Positions 27,495 through 37,911 of a DNA stretch of 64,000 nucleotides are shown here, one piece after another (the stretch's first letter is position 1; every line of letters begins with the position of its first letter). Made by a program: the position numbers and the translations under genes. The DNA lies in the IMG/VR virus record IMGVR_UViG_3300049847_000494, positions 32,001 through 96,000 of that record. One strand, written 5' to 3'. Under the pieces are notes generated by a model. It ran no database searches, was not told where the DNA came from, and worked only from the letters and a program-made list of their open reading frames with translations. The DNA comes from a virus.

Positions 27495-27572
27495 TGTAAC
27501 CTTCTTTGTTTTTGGTTAACTTCAACCTAACACATAGCAGAAAAATTGCAAGCTATGCAAACAAAAAATGTG

Positions 27573-27601
27573 TTGACATGTTTCAAATTTCAGGTTATTT
27601 T
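27573..27601 (+). promoter_or_regulatory. sigma70 promoter for the only plus-strand gene
   Basis: TTGACA-17 nt-TATTTT followed by an AGAAAGGA SD. Confidence 0.7.
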
Positions 27602-27624
27602 ATCCTTCCTTAGAAAGGAATATC

Positions 27625-27879
27625 ATGTACTTACAAATTCTTGCAGTGATTTTTTTATTTGTTTTATGTTGTATAGTTTTATGGTGTGTTGGTGCTGCTT
27701 TAACATTTGAACGTAATTTAAAAACTCTGGATAAGATCGAAGATTACAATATTTATTCAGTAATACCGCCAACTTATAATATGGATAATTATATAAGTGA
27801 TGAAGTTTCTGAGGATGATATAACACAGCCGTTTATACGACTGCCTACTTTAGAAATTAAATCTAAACACGAAGCTTAA
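27625..27879 (+). CDS. small single-pass membrane protein
   Basis: Has its own promoter, SD and terminator; N-terminal TM helix and acidic tail. Confidence 0.7.
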   Translation: MYLQILAVIFLFVLCCIVLWCVGAALTFERNLKTLDKIEDYNIYSVIPPTYNMDNYISDEVSEDDITQPFIRLPTLEIKSKHEA

Positions 27880-27911
27880 AAAGAAAACCCACCTAGTTTG
27901 GTGGGTTTCTT
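27878..27911. terminator. bidirectional intrinsic terminator
   Basis: AAACCCACC/GGTGGGTTT stem flanked by A/T tracts between convergent genes. Confidence 0.85.
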
Positions 27912-27931
27912 AGACAAAGTAAACTTACTTC

Positions 27932-28648
27932 TTATGACTGGACAGGGAAGTTAAACTTGATTCCAAGTAGACCGTCAGTTGTAGAAGGTAGCTTCGATAC
28001 GAAACCAAGTGCATTGCTTGCACCACCAGCTACGGACGAAACCTTACCACCAGCAGCAGGATACACAAGTGAACCAATTGTGTAGTTTACAGATGTATCG
28101 AACATAGAGGTAAAGATTTCACCTTCGCCCATAAGTACGCTAACCGAGCTAAAGTAGTCCTGAGCGCGGTTATTGATTGAACGCTCATGGAAGCGCTCAA
28201 GGCTCTGTTGTAGAGTTAGATTGTAACGGTAAGTTACTGTTACAGTCTCGCCCTGCTGAGCAGCTACGAAGGAGATAGCACCAGTTGCATCAACTAGGCA
28301 GTATTCGCCAGCACCAAGAGAAGCACAATCTTCAGTTAGAACGCCAGTTACCGAAGCAACTACACGCTCTGAACCAGATACGATATTGGTATTACCAAGG
28401 AATACCGTACCACCACCAGTAGGTACTGTAACAGTATCAACTACTGTCTCAGTAAGAACCTTCATAGCATCAGTAAGTGCAAAACCAGCATACTTTTGTG
28501 CAGCACCTGTAGAACAGGGTTGTACTGCCATACCACCAGCAAGGTTGTCTACGAAAACAAGAAGCTGAGCTTCTTCTGTGATCGTCTGCCCTGCCTTAAC
28601 GGCATATTCACGAGCTTCTGTATAATGGGTTTTAGTTAAATCAAACAT
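27932..28648 (-). CDS. putative capsid decoration/cement protein
   Basis: Follows the scaffold-like gene; strong AGGAG SD; beta-rich; resembles (from memory) virion proteins of RSL1/Lu11-like jumbo phages. Confidence 0.55.
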   Translation of the reverse strand: MFDLTKTHYTEAREYAVKAGQTITEEAQLLVFVDNLAGGMAVQPCSTGAAQKYAGFALTDAMKVLTETVVDTVTVPTGGGTVFLGNTNIVSGSERVVASVTGVLTEDCASLGAGEYCLVDATGAISFVAAQQGETVTVTYRYNLTLQQSLERFHERSINNRAQDYFSSVSVLMGEGEIFTSMFDTSVNYTIGSLVYPAAGGKVSSVAGGASNALGFVSKLPSTTDGLLGIKFNFPVQS

Positions 28649-28663
28649 TTTATATTACTCCTA

Positions 28664-29611
28664 TTAGCGATTGATTACACGAGAGTTGTTACGTGCACGT
28701 AAGCCGAGAACACCTTTAAGCTGTTGTTTCTCGTCGGCAACTTCAAAGTCAGCTGCAGCTGTATAAGTCATGAGATTGACATTTTTACTGGCTGTGATAG
28801 TAAGGTCATCCACTTCAACAGTGGGTGTGCGCTGAGGCAGATCATTAATCTGCTCTTCAATTTCACGATAAGCTTCAGGTGAAAGCTCACCCCACTGCAT
28901 CGCTTTCTTGAAAAGAGCTTCGAAGTACTCTGAGGATTTCTCCTGGAAAGCAGCTTCAATGATTGCTACCGCACGGTCATTCTCAATACCCGCAGATGTC
29001 ATGCGAGAAAATAGAGCACCCTTAAGAGGGTTCTCCGTGATGAAGTTCTTGCTATTCGCCGTAACAACAAGATTAAGTGTATTAATCATATCATTACGTA
29101 GATTTGCCTTTGCCTTGCGAATTTCAGCTAGTCCCTCTGCCTTGACCTTAGCTTCAATAGCTGAATAAGCTGTTGAAGATTCAACCGCAGAAACATAAGG
29201 ACGAGCACGAACACTAGTAAGTACTTCATCAAGATCCATACGTGAAGCAGCGCTTGCAATGCCATTAGCATAACCGTCGGTTGTGAAAACCTTAGAAACA
29301 CTACCAACATCATCCTGGTCGCTAAGACGAATCTGAGCAACAGGCTGACCATCAGCACAAACTAGCCAATGAGGATCAGAAGATCTCTCGTTGAAAAGTT
29401 GTAGGTGAAGTTCAGCAGCCTTTGATACTGCTTTAGGATCAAGTACAGCTGCCACTAGCTTCTCTGCTACAGAGGCTGCACTTTTCTGCACGGACACTTC
29501 CTGTGAAACAACAGTCTGAGACTGAGCAGCACTAACAGCAGGCTTACTTGCAAGCCTCTGATTACGAGCTGATCTTAAGGCTGCTTTACTATCAAGAGTC
29601 ATGTTTATCAC
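28664..29611 (-). CDS. putative prohead scaffold/core protein (start possibly ATG at 29602)
   Basis: Ala-rich helical protein between the protease and decoration genes. Confidence 0.5.
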   Translation of the reverse strand: MINMTLDSKAALRSARNQRLASKPAVSAAQSQTVVSQEVSVQKSAASVAEKLVAAVLDPKAVSKAAELHLQLFNERSSDPHWLVCADGQPVAQIRLSDQDDVGSVSKVFTTDGYANGIASAASRMDLDEVLTSVRARPYVSAVESSTAYSAIEAKVKAEGLAEIRKAKANLRNDMINTLNLVVTANSKNFITENPLKGALFSRMTSAGIENDRAVAIIEAAFQEKSSEYFEALFKKAMQWGELSPEAYREIEEQINDLPQRTPTVEVDDLTITASKNVNLMTYTAAADFEVADEKQQLKGVLGLRARNNSRVINR

Positions 29612-29639
29612 CTATAATACTAGCCTTTTGATTTAATTA

Positions 29640-29711
29640 GAAGATTTTTAGCACCATTACTAAAAAACTTCTGCTCCGGCTAACAGGAGCTATAACCCAT
29701 CGAAACGGGTT
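29640..29711 (-). promoter_or_regulatory. three-hairpin 5' leader of the scaffold/decoration operon
   Basis: AACCCGU-UUCG-AUGGGUU, GCUCC/GGAGC and a ~12-bp third stem; G-U wobbles favour the minus strand. Confidence 0.5.
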
Positions 29712-29731
29712 TAATTAATATTAAATAATAT

Positions 29732-29983
29732 TTATACAGTAGCGCCTTCTGCTTTTAGAGCAGATTTCAAAGAAAGAACGGATAATGTATGCACTAAACT
29801 TTCAATAGTTTTAATCTGCTCTTTAGTCGCAGGCAATGTTAATTGACCTTCAGCTAACGCTGTAAGGGCTTTAGTAAGCTTTTGGGCTGTATCCGCTTTT
29901 AATTCTTCAATATTGGAAGGTAGAGCTAGTTTCTCTAAAGACTTAGCTACTACCGTTATACGCTTTTTAATTGAATTTTTCAT
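29732..29983 (-). CDS. small helical head-associated protein
   Basis: AAGGG SD; KKRITVVAKSLEKLA N-terminus. Confidence 0.65.
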   Translation of the reverse strand: MKNSIKKRITVVAKSLEKLALPSNIEELKADTAQKLTKALTALAEGQLTLPATKEQIKTIESLVHTLSVLSLKSALKAEGATV

Positions 29984-30007
29984 GAATTACCCTTTTAAAA
30001 TTTTATT

Positions 30008-30751
30008 TTAAGCCCAAAGAGAACGCCATTTATCATATGCAGTATGATCTGCTGGATCCGTGCCAGGCAAAGCTGAAGTTTCGATGTAGTTGACCTGCTC
30101 ACAGTACTCAAAATTGAGATAACCTTGAGTTATCGTACCTTTACCTCTACCATGCTGCTGATGTGAGCAAGCAATCCTACCGTTAGAGCTGGTAGCATTA
30201 CAGTTAGGGAAACTACATCGTGTTAAGCCTACAAATGCACCCATGGAGTAACCAACAGGTTTAGATGTATTCAATATATCAGAAACAAGTTTTGCATCCT
30301 TCGTACGATCCCAGGCAGCTAAAACTACAATCTTATAAGAACCATCTGCTAGTTTCTGTAGTTGTGAATCAAGATGCACCCCACGAGCTTTCTTAATATC
30401 TTTGTTGTCATGATCCCGATGGGTGGGCTTGCCTATAAAAGTCTGATAAGCTATTCTACCAATTTCAGGATTGAACTTAGTTACAGCACTAAAAGAGAAA
30501 GCATCCAAGTTTCGATTAGGAACATCTACAGTAACTATAGGGATCTCATTAATAACATAATCTTTAATATCAGGTGATATATTATAATCTTCAGAAGCTA
30601 TTGGCAACCAACTAATATCAATATGACCCGTATTATTAAATATATGATTAGAAGCGAGCTTGAGCTTACCAGATTTAGGATCTAGAAACTGCTCACATTT
30701 GTAACCTTCAAAATGGCGTATAGCAGATGTAGCTTCCCCAAGTTTAATCAT
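30008..30751 (-). CDS. prohead (capsid maturation) serine protease
   Basis: PNRN.DAF, HRDH, YSMGA, Cys/His zinc cluster and IETS...DPAD; directly after portal. Confidence 0.75.
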   Translation of the reverse strand: MIKLGEATSAIRHFEGYKCEQFLDPKSGKLKLASNHIFNNTGHIDISWLPIASEDYNISPDIKDYVINEIPIVTVDVPNRNLDAFSFSAVTKFNPEIGRIAYQTFIGKPTHRDHDNKDIKKARGVHLDSQLQKLADGSYKIVVLAAWDRTKDAKLVSDILNTSKPVGYSMGAFVGLTRCSFPNCNATSSNGRIACSHQQHGRGKGTITQGYLNFEYCEQVNYIETSALPGTDPADHTAYDKWRSLWA

Positions 30752-30798
30752 AGTTAGTATACCACCTATCTAAAATAGATAATAATTTAAAATTATAG

Positions 30799-33132
30799 CT
30801 AACTAATATCTTCAAATATTTTTTTGTTGCTCGTAAACCCTGTAAGAAGGGTATTAGGTGTTTTTTCTTGAAAAGATTTACTACTTTTAATTATATTACC
30901 TAAAGTTTCCCCAGTCTTTTCGGGTGGTTTGCCCATAACTTCAGGTTTAGCTAGTGTATAAGCATACACATAATAAAGCTCGTTTTTAAGAGCTGTCTTG
31001 TCTTTTACAGTAGCAAGAAGCTTATCAGTTACTTCTTCAGCTAAATCGTTACGTAAATAAATACCATGTAAAATACCGGCACGAGCTAATATATACTGAA
31101 GAATTTGGTCTCTATTAGAGTTACCTGTGCTAACTAATTGTTCTACTGCTACCTTCGATAAAACTTGTCTATCAGTACCTTCTAGCAAACCAATAAGTTT
31201 ACGTGCCGCAACTTCAGCTTGTTCCAACGTTACACCTAAAAAGGGTGTAGTACCTACCCAATGAGGTAAGGATTTAAGCTCTCTGATGGATTCGCTATCC
31301 CCAACAAAAGCACCTTTGAATACAGGAGTTTGTTTAGGTGTACGATCCCAACGATGACCAATACCAGCACCGACAGTAGGTAGGGAAATATTAGGTGGTG
31401 CCTCTGGTGTTACCTCACTTGGTTCCGTGGGCAAACCAGTAGGTTCAGGAGGTGTTGTTTCAGTACCTGTATCAAGACCTGATAGATCCGATGTACCTAA
31501 ACCCGTACCAGTATCTAGGTCCATACCTAAACCAGCGCTACCTCCACCTAAACCTCCACCCAAACCACCAATATCACTAGCAGGACCGGTACTAGAACCA
31601 CCACCAGCTAAAGTCTCAGGAGCTTGCTCTTGAATCTTTTTAGCATGTGCTGATAACACTTTACGGAGGTCTAAATCATCATCAAACTGATTTATCTCAG
31701 AATCAATATTAATACCACCAGCAGCTGCCCAAGAACGCATAGTAACAGGTATACCCTTACCCTGCATAAACTCTAAAATAGCTAAGTAGTCACGGTCAGC
31801 GCTAGGGCGTAGTGACTTTTCCCACTTAAAATCAGGAAGTATATAATCTTCTAAGGTAGAAGATCTACTGACCCTAATACGATGAGATAACTCTGCTTCT
31901 GTACGCTTGACAAAACCATGTTTTTGTGCTAATGGTTTTAAAATACGATCGATAAGTAAATAATGGGTAAAGAAATTTCTGTGTGCTCGTATTTTCTCAA
32001 GAAAAACAGACATTAACTGTTCTAAGCTATTATAGCTAGCTTCACCACGAAGAAAAGCCTCGGATACACCTAGAGAATTCAGCTTACCACTTTGAAGAAA
32101 AGCCCACTCATCACTAATTTTCACTACATCTGATAGTGTACCACCTCCTATAGTAGAAGCAGTAACACCAGTACGAGTCACCACGATAGCCCCAACAGGA
32201 TCCTCATCGCCTTGCATAAAAAGGTTAGCATAACCTTCAAGCTCTTGAGGATCTGGCTCCCAATCTTCACTACCAACACTTATATGACGAATCTGGGATA
32301 GACGACGCTTAGCAGCCGCTATAGTACCGTTAACTAAGCTTTTTTCATAAGCTACAAAAGTAAGAATACGAGTATAAGCAGAAGCTCCTATTGTATCATA
32401 AGGAGAAGTTTTACGTGGTAAATAAAAACTCTGCTCTGCAGGTAAGGGTATCTCTTTACCACTTCTAATAGCGTCAACAAGATCCCATACTTCTGATAAT
32501 GAAGCCGCATCACGAGGATCCTCGCTTGTAGCCCATTTCTTAAGCTGAGGAGTAGGTATAATATCTAATTTAGGAGGATAACCTGGCACAGGAATAGGTG
32601 TTACGCGGATCCAATCAGGATCATGTACAATTAACTTGGTATAATAACCTTTGGAATCATCCATATGTAGATGACCTATTACTTTACCAAGTACAATAAA
32701 TTCAGCGCTCATATCAGGAAGCTGTGATGTGATACTTAGTGCCTCCAAACAATCAGCATATAATTTAAGAACACTTTTGTCTTGTATACCTGTGAGGGTA
32801 AAATCAGACCAAGGCATATCCTTATAAAGCTCAACAGCTGGACCAGCAACAGGATCTTGTAAGTAGATACGGCGCCATATTCTGTGTAACCGACGAGGGT
32901 CCACAGGCATGAACTGCTCAATTATAGTACCTTCAGAAAGATCATCATATACAGGATTGTATAATGTCTTATTACTTGAACCCTGACCAGGCAATCTACC
33001 AGATGAAGAGGAGGAGAAAGGATTATTACCAAAACCACCGGAACTAGAGGTAGACCCACTACCAAAAGGTGCTGCGGTTTTAGTTCTAAGTGAAGCTACA
33101 CGCATGCGATCAGGGTTAAATTTAATTGACAC
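30799..33132 (-). CDS. portal protein
   Basis: IYLQDPVAGPAVEL, RKTSPYDTIGAS and LGVSEAFLRGEASY portal-type motifs; Gly/Pro-rich acidic linker; upstream of the protease. Confidence 0.8.
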   Translation of the reverse strand: MSIKFNPDRMRVASLRTKTAAPFGSGSTSSSGGFGNNPFSSSSSGRLPGQGSSNKTLYNPVYDDLSEGTIIEQFMPVDPRRLHRIWRRIYLQDPVAGPAVELYKDMPWSDFTLTGIQDKSVLKLYADCLEALSITSQLPDMSAEFIVLGKVIGHLHMDDSKGYYTKLIVHDPDWIRVTPIPVPGYPPKLDIIPTPQLKKWATSEDPRDAASLSEVWDLVDAIRSGKEIPLPAEQSFYLPRKTSPYDTIGASAYTRILTFVAYEKSLVNGTIAAAKRRLSQIRHISVGSEDWEPDPQELEGYANLFMQGDEDPVGAIVVTRTGVTASTIGGGTLSDVVKISDEWAFLQSGKLNSLGVSEAFLRGEASYNSLEQLMSVFLEKIRAHRNFFTHYLLIDRILKPLAQKHGFVKRTEAELSHRIRVSRSSTLEDYILPDFKWEKSLRPSADRDYLAILEFMQGKGIPVTMRSWAAAGGINIDSEINQFDDDLDLRKVLSAHAKKIQEQAPETLAGGGSSTGPASDIGGLGGGLGGGSAGLGMDLDTGTGLGTSDLSGLDTGTETTPPEPTGLPTEPSEVTPEAPPNISLPTVGAGIGHRWDRTPKQTPVFKGAFVGDSESIRELKSLPHWVGTTPFLGVTLEQAEVAARKLIGLLEGTDRQVLSKVAVEQLVSTGNSNRDQILQYILARAGILHGIYLRNDLAEEVTDKLLATVKDKTALKNELYYVYAYTLAKPEVMGKPPEKTGETLGNIIKSSKSFQEKTPNTLLTGFTSNKKIFEDIS

Positions 33133-33186
33133 AGTCCCCCATTTTAGCCTAAGTTAGTAACAACCTATTTACAAGAATAATAGGGT

Positions 33187-33516
33187 TTATCGTAAAGGAA
33201 CTGTAACATGACAAGCAGAACAGTACATAGCGTCAGTAGATGTACCTAACTTTACGTTACACATCATTGATGAACAACGAGGGCATATATTATCAGCTTT
33301 TGAAAATGAAGCTGTTTTTACGGATCCTAACTTAGGATCTAAATCGGATAATATCAGACCGAGAGCTAGATTATAATCATCACTAGAAACTGTTTCCTTA
33401 ATATCTGCCATAGCAAGCTTGAATTTAAGCTCACGACGCTTTAAATCGGTTATAGTATAACCGTATAAACTAGCTGTAGTATCAATAAATTCGTTTACGG
33501 TTCTAGAATCAGACAT
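33187..33516 (-). CDS. C-terminal zinc-ribbon protein
   Basis: CPRC...YCSAC, preceded by SVKTA. Confidence 0.75.
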   Translation of the reverse strand: MSDSRTVNEFIDTTASLYGYTITDLKRRELKFKLAMADIKETVSSDDYNLALGLILSDLDPKLGSVKTASFSKADNICPRCSSMMCNVKLGTSTDAMYCSACHVTVPLR

Positions 33517-33544
33517 AATACCACCTTGAATTTAGTTGTTTAGT

Positions 33545-33745
33545 CTAGCTACCAGCAAGAAATAACAAACCCGAAGCTATTTTTGATAAATTAGAAGATT
33601 TCGTTCTTTTACTTCTTTCAAATAGCTTTAAAGCTCGATTATATTGATCTATCTTTAAATAGGGGCTAAATATAATATCAGAATATTTACGTAATATATG
33701 CTGCCAACTTTCTTGATCATCAAGATTTAGGTCTTTATTGTCCAT
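33545..33745 (-). CDS. small hypothetical protein
   Basis: ATG immediately after the upstream stop; 66 aa. Confidence 0.55.
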   Translation of the reverse strand: MDNKDLNLDDQESWQHILRKYSDIIFSPYLKIDQYNRALKLFERSKRTKSSNLSKIASGLLFLAGS

Positions 33746-34135
33746 TTATAGACCTTCTTTAACACGTTTCTTACTTCTATAATCAGTACCTTCAGGTGCA
33801 TTTTCAACAAGAGGTATGTGATCTTCATGTGTTACTATTAGAGGTACTGTTTTAGTAAACACTCTATTATCCATTAAAGTAATATCAACTTTAAAGTTAA
33901 TATTACTTATGCGTGGCGGGTGGGAAAATATAAATTTAAAATCACCCTCCGAGTTACCCATACGCTTATCAAATTTTATTTTCTTGGTAATAGGGTTACC
34001 TAAAAAAGTAAGATAAGCTTCACCAGAACGAACCTCTTCTGGATGATATACCTCAGTTACCTCATCTATAATATAAGCTGCAGCTACTACAGTATCCCCG
34101 TCTGTAATATACTCAGCTACGATATCCAATATCAT
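33746..34135 (-). CDS. hypothetical beta-rich protein
   Basis: 129 aa in the head gene cluster. Confidence 0.65.
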   Translation of the reverse strand: MILDIVAEYITDGDTVVAAAYIIDEVTEVYHPEEVRSGEAYLTFLGNPITKKIKFDKRMGNSEGDFKFIFSHPPRISNINFKVDITLMDNRVFTKTVPLIVTHEDHIPLVENAPEGTDYRSKKRVKEGL

Positions 34136-34136
34136 A

Positions 34137-34550
34137 TTAAACTACAATAGAGGGGTAGGGTGGACTTACTCGCAAGGATTCCTCGTATAAGCCCTCAATC
34201 CAAAAGTGTAGTATTTCGGTAACTAAACCATTATTAGTAACTTGGATAGTATGTAGATCCAGGTTACCATCCATAGCGGAAGTATCTAAGGGTACTACTA
34301 ACCTAGAACCTGGATTTAGATTAACGTTAGTTGTAGTTATTATAAAGTTAGCTGAAAGTAAAGGGTCATCACTTGGACCAACCTTAAAAGCTGTCTTTAC
34401 TTTTATATTCATAATAGATACAGAAGCTGTATTAAGGAAGTATAACTTAGGGAATAGTACAGTAACAGGTAATAAAGGCTCTAAGGCTAGATCCTTAACC
34501 TGTAAGGTTGTTAACCGCATAGGAAAATGTTGTTTTATAGGAAGTAACAC
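34137..34550 (-). CDS. hypothetical beta-rich virion protein
   Basis: GAGG SD and GTG start; preceded by AATAGTTAC motif. Confidence 0.65.
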   Translation of the reverse strand: MLLPIKQHFPMRLTTLQVKDLALEPLLPVTVLFPKLYFLNTASVSIMNIKVKTAFKVGPSDDPLLSANFIITTTNVNLNPGSRLVVPLDTSAMDGNLDLHTIQVTNNGLVTEILHFWIEGLYEESLRVSPPYPSIVV

Positions 34551-34586
34551 TTTAGCCTCGCGGATTAGTAACTATTGTTGCTAAGT

Positions 34587-37430
34587 TTAGCCATTAGATG
34601 TGCCCTCGGGTACTTTTATGTCTTTTTTAGGTAAAGTATGCTTTACAGGTAGACTTTTGTCTTTTTCCGTATTTGTCTTTATCGTGCTAGCTAATAAAGA
34701 AGATAAGTCTTCAAGCTCAGAAAAATCTTTAGCATAAACTGAAAGCATTGATGCAAATTCATTTAAACCGGAGCTAGGCTTAACTTTTGAAACAGATTCA
34801 TCCAAACCAGGTTGTAAGATAGAATCCAACTGAGAAGCTACTTTTTGTAGTAATTTGGATATACTAAAAGCTGCTGTTTGCAAATCTGATATAGATTCTT
34901 TTATCTCTGAGTTTGCCGATAAACTCGACATAAGGGATGTAAATTCATCTAAGTTATCTTTTAGTACACTAAGTGGATTGACAATTTCAGTAGTTTCTTG
35001 ACCTGTATAACTTACACCTACTGATTTTGTTGTATCACCTGCTAACTTAGAGCTAAGCTTAAAAACTAACTTACGTGGTTCAATTTCAGAGTCAGACTCC
35101 ATATCAGGCTCTGAGTCAGAGCAACCACAATCTTCTTGTTGTTGTACTTCAGAAAATTCAGAAACTGGAGGCTCAACTTTAAACAAATTAATCATTTGTG
35201 ATAAAGCTTCAGGTGAAATCTTGATAATAAAGCTGGAATCAGATTGCTGCGTGATTTCTGAGGGTAAATAAGTAACAGGAGATGTTACCGTTTGCCCATT
35301 CTCGATACTTACTAAACCATCATCTGAAACTTGTGCTACTTGACCTGATTCTGTCATCAGACAAGCACCTTTAGGATGCTTTACACTATAATAACCGTCA
35401 GAATAAACCAAATCATCTTGAGGTACCACAATATAGTTATATTTTACCCTAAGGTTTGAAGCTAAAGTAATATACTTTTCAGGATTTTTTACCTGTGCAG
35501 CAATATCATATAGTTTATCAGATAAGCCTAGCTTAGGTGATTCCTCTTCATATGAAAGAGAGTCAACAAGTTTCATTTTTGATAGCAGGGTACTCGCATA
35601 AACATCATAACTCCAAGGTGATAATGTCCTGTCAAGACTTTCAACTACTTGGAGAACCTGGACGGGGTACCCGAAATCTACTTTTAGATCATTAAGAATA
35701 CGGTCTTTATCAGCTTCTAGCTTAAAAGGTATATCCCAGGTATTAGGTCCAAACTTCTCTGCGTTCAGTTTCCGTAGATGATCAACAAAAGCAATATCCA
35801 TATTTGCGTTACCTGTGAAGGTAAGTCTTAATACTGCTGCTGTCCGCACGGTTGCTACTTTAGCCATAGGATTTCCTTTATCTAGATCTTCAAGAAGAGA
35901 CTTATCAGCAGATATTACCATATTAGAAGTAACCATAAGAGGTTCACCAGCTATATAGTATATACTATATACATAAGATCCAACCCTTTTACTGCTTGGA
36001 TATTTATCCAGAAAAATACGAATACGATCATCAGAAATTGTAGCATAATAAAGTACATTATCAGCTACTTCTGCTTTCTTGAAAAGAAGTAAAACATTGT
36101 TATCTTCCTTAGCTATAGAAGTCAGCTGGTCTATAAGCTCAGGGTCTGTTATTTCTTGTATATTACTAAAATAGGCACCAGTCTTATACGTTCCAGCATC
36201 AGCACACAAAACAGAACTTCCACGTACACCATTAAACGAAGGACACTTTTTACCCTCTGTACGTAACTTACAATAAGCAAATTTATCAGTCACTAGAGTT
36301 AGTTTTGAAGGTAACGATATATTAGGGCACATATCCCTACAAACATACCAATTACCACTAGTTGAGCTATATGCGGGTACCTGCCCACTAGCAAGCTCTT
36401 CTTCAATAGCATCATGAGCTAACACAGTAATATCTTCTGCCATACGATGATATGAGTTTTTGCGTAAAAGCTGACTTATTGTCAGTAGCTTATACGTAAC
36501 AGATTTATCAGTGTAATCAATAGATTCAATTATTTGGTCCAGCTGACTAGATCCTGCTTCATAGAAATCTAACCAATCTTGGATTAATACATCTTTATAC
36601 TTATTCCAAGTATCCGTAATATCAGACCAAAAGGGACTAAGCTCTTGTATAAAAGCTGTAATTGGACGATGCGTAGCAGTAGTTAGTTTAATCACCAAAA
36701 TAGAACATATATTTCTAAGTATTTGAGAAATAGATTCTATATCATCACGAACTTGATATAACTCAAGACTAATATCTTCAGGTTTATCAGCCTTACGTAT
36801 TTTATAAGAAATTACATCAAGTAGAACATCAACTTTTTCAATAAGTTTCAAATACTTATCTAATAATTCAGGTTCATGGATTTGTCTAAAAAACCACTGG
36901 CATTCATCTAATAAATCCCTAAAATCAACAATAGAAGGTATTGTTGAATGAAGCAAAGGAGTAAAACAACTATCCTCTAATCTAGACCATACAGTAGAAT
37001 TTAGTAATAGGCTCTCACGAATAGATGTCTGTTCTGATGATACTCGTAGACCAGCCATAATAAGACCAATAGCCTTGGAAGGCTTATGCCTGGTAAATCT
37101 AACAGCCTTAGAGGGTCTTGTAATCTTAGTATTTTTAGTATTTTTAGTATTTTGATCTATTTTAGCTTTAGTACGTCTAAGCTTTAATAGCTTATGATCT
37201 CTATCAGTTCTAATCTTCATAGTATGAACACCAGAAGATTCACTCTCCTGTGTACGCTCCGCACGATAATGAAGCTTATACTTACGTAGAAATGACTTAA
37301 AAGCTTTCAAACGAGATTTATCAGTCAGACCGTAATGTAATATTCCGTCATCTGATAAACCCTGAAAATCTAATCCATGTTGTACAGCAAGCTGCTTGAT
37401 TATAGCCTTGCCTCTCATATTTATGGGCAA
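34587..37430 (-). CDS. large multidomain putative internal head protein
   Basis: 947 aa; basic N-terminus, Cys cluster, domains separated by Ala-ending sites (PITA, VISA, VRTA, SKLA). Confidence 0.65.
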   Translation of the reverse strand: MPINMRGKAIIKQLAVQHGLDFQGLSDDGILHYGLTDKSRLKAFKSFLRKYKLHYRAERTQESESSGVHTMKIRTDRDHKLLKLRRTKAKIDQNTKNTKNTKITRPSKAVRFTRHKPSKAIGLIMAGLRVSSEQTSIRESLLLNSTVWSRLEDSCFTPLLHSTIPSIVDFRDLLDECQWFFRQIHEPELLDKYLKLIEKVDVLLDVISYKIRKADKPEDISLELYQVRDDIESISQILRNICSILVIKLTTATHRPITAFIQELSPFWSDITDTWNKYKDVLIQDWLDFYEAGSSQLDQIIESIDYTDKSVTYKLLTISQLLRKNSYHRMAEDITVLAHDAIEEELASGQVPAYSSTSGNWYVCRDMCPNISLPSKLTLVTDKFAYCKLRTEGKKCPSFNGVRGSSVLCADAGTYKTGAYFSNIQEITDPELIDQLTSIAKEDNNVLLLFKKAEVADNVLYYATISDDRIRIFLDKYPSSKRVGSYVYSIYYIAGEPLMVTSNMVISADKSLLEDLDKGNPMAKVATVRTAAVLRLTFTGNANMDIAFVDHLRKLNAEKFGPNTWDIPFKLEADKDRILNDLKVDFGYPVQVLQVVESLDRTLSPWSYDVYASTLLSKMKLVDSLSYEEESPKLGLSDKLYDIAAQVKNPEKYITLASNLRVKYNYIVVPQDDLVYSDGYYSVKHPKGACLMTESGQVAQVSDDGLVSIENGQTVTSPVTYLPSEITQQSDSSFIIKISPEALSQMINLFKVEPPVSEFSEVQQQEDCGCSDSEPDMESDSEIEPRKLVFKLSSKLAGDTTKSVGVSYTGQETTEIVNPLSVLKDNLDEFTSLMSSLSANSEIKESISDLQTAAFSISKLLQKVASQLDSILQPGLDESVSKVKPSSGLNEFASMLSVYAKDFSELEDLSSLLASTIKTNTEKDKSLPVKHTLPKKDIKVPEGTSNG

Positions 37431-37557
37431 ATTACTTCCCCTTTGTTAGGAAAGTTGAGGCGAGCAAACTCACCAAAATAATGAATAGCTGCTTGATCAT
37501 AGGCTAAAGCGGTTTCTTCCTCTGTTTTAAACAGACCAAGATGGTTTTATTTTTCAT
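37421..37557 (-). pseudogene. AP2 DNA-binding domain remnant of an HNH-AP2 homing endonuclease
   Basis: 37543-37421 reads [32 protein letters not shown]; in-frame stop just upstream; ATG at 37557 is out of frame. Confidence 0.85.
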
Positions 37558-37558
37558 T

Positions 37559-37888
37559 TTACCTTCGTGTTCTATTGATAAGATCAGCTAAATCTTGAAG
37601 CTGTTTTCGCTTATCTTCAGTAGTAACAACAGGCTGACTAATGATTGTTTGTACTTCTTCTTTTACAGCAATTTCTTTCCCTTTAGCCTTACCAATTTCT
37701 AAAGCTGCTGCAACTCGCACAGCCGAGAGCTGTTTCTGTAGATTGACTGCAGGTGTATTAGACGGTATAATAGGATCTACAGTTTTCCTAGTCACTAACT
37801 TGTAAAAAAAGTAGAGTACTATAGGTAAAATAGCTAATAAATATAGATATTTCTCTTTTAGCCATTTTTTAAATAAAATATATTGCAT
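37559..37888 (-). CDS. single-TM coiled-coil protein (possible i-spanin-like)
   Basis: TM helix YLYLLAILPIVLYFFY followed by coiled coil. Confidence 0.6.
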   Translation of the reverse strand: MQYILFKKWLKEKYLYLLAILPIVLYFFYKLVTRKTVDPIIPSNTPAVNLQKQLSAVRVAAALEIGKAKGKEIAVKEEVQTIISQPVVTTEDKRKQLQDLADLINRTRR

Positions 37889-37911
37889 AAAGTTAAATAA
37901 TATTTTACTTG

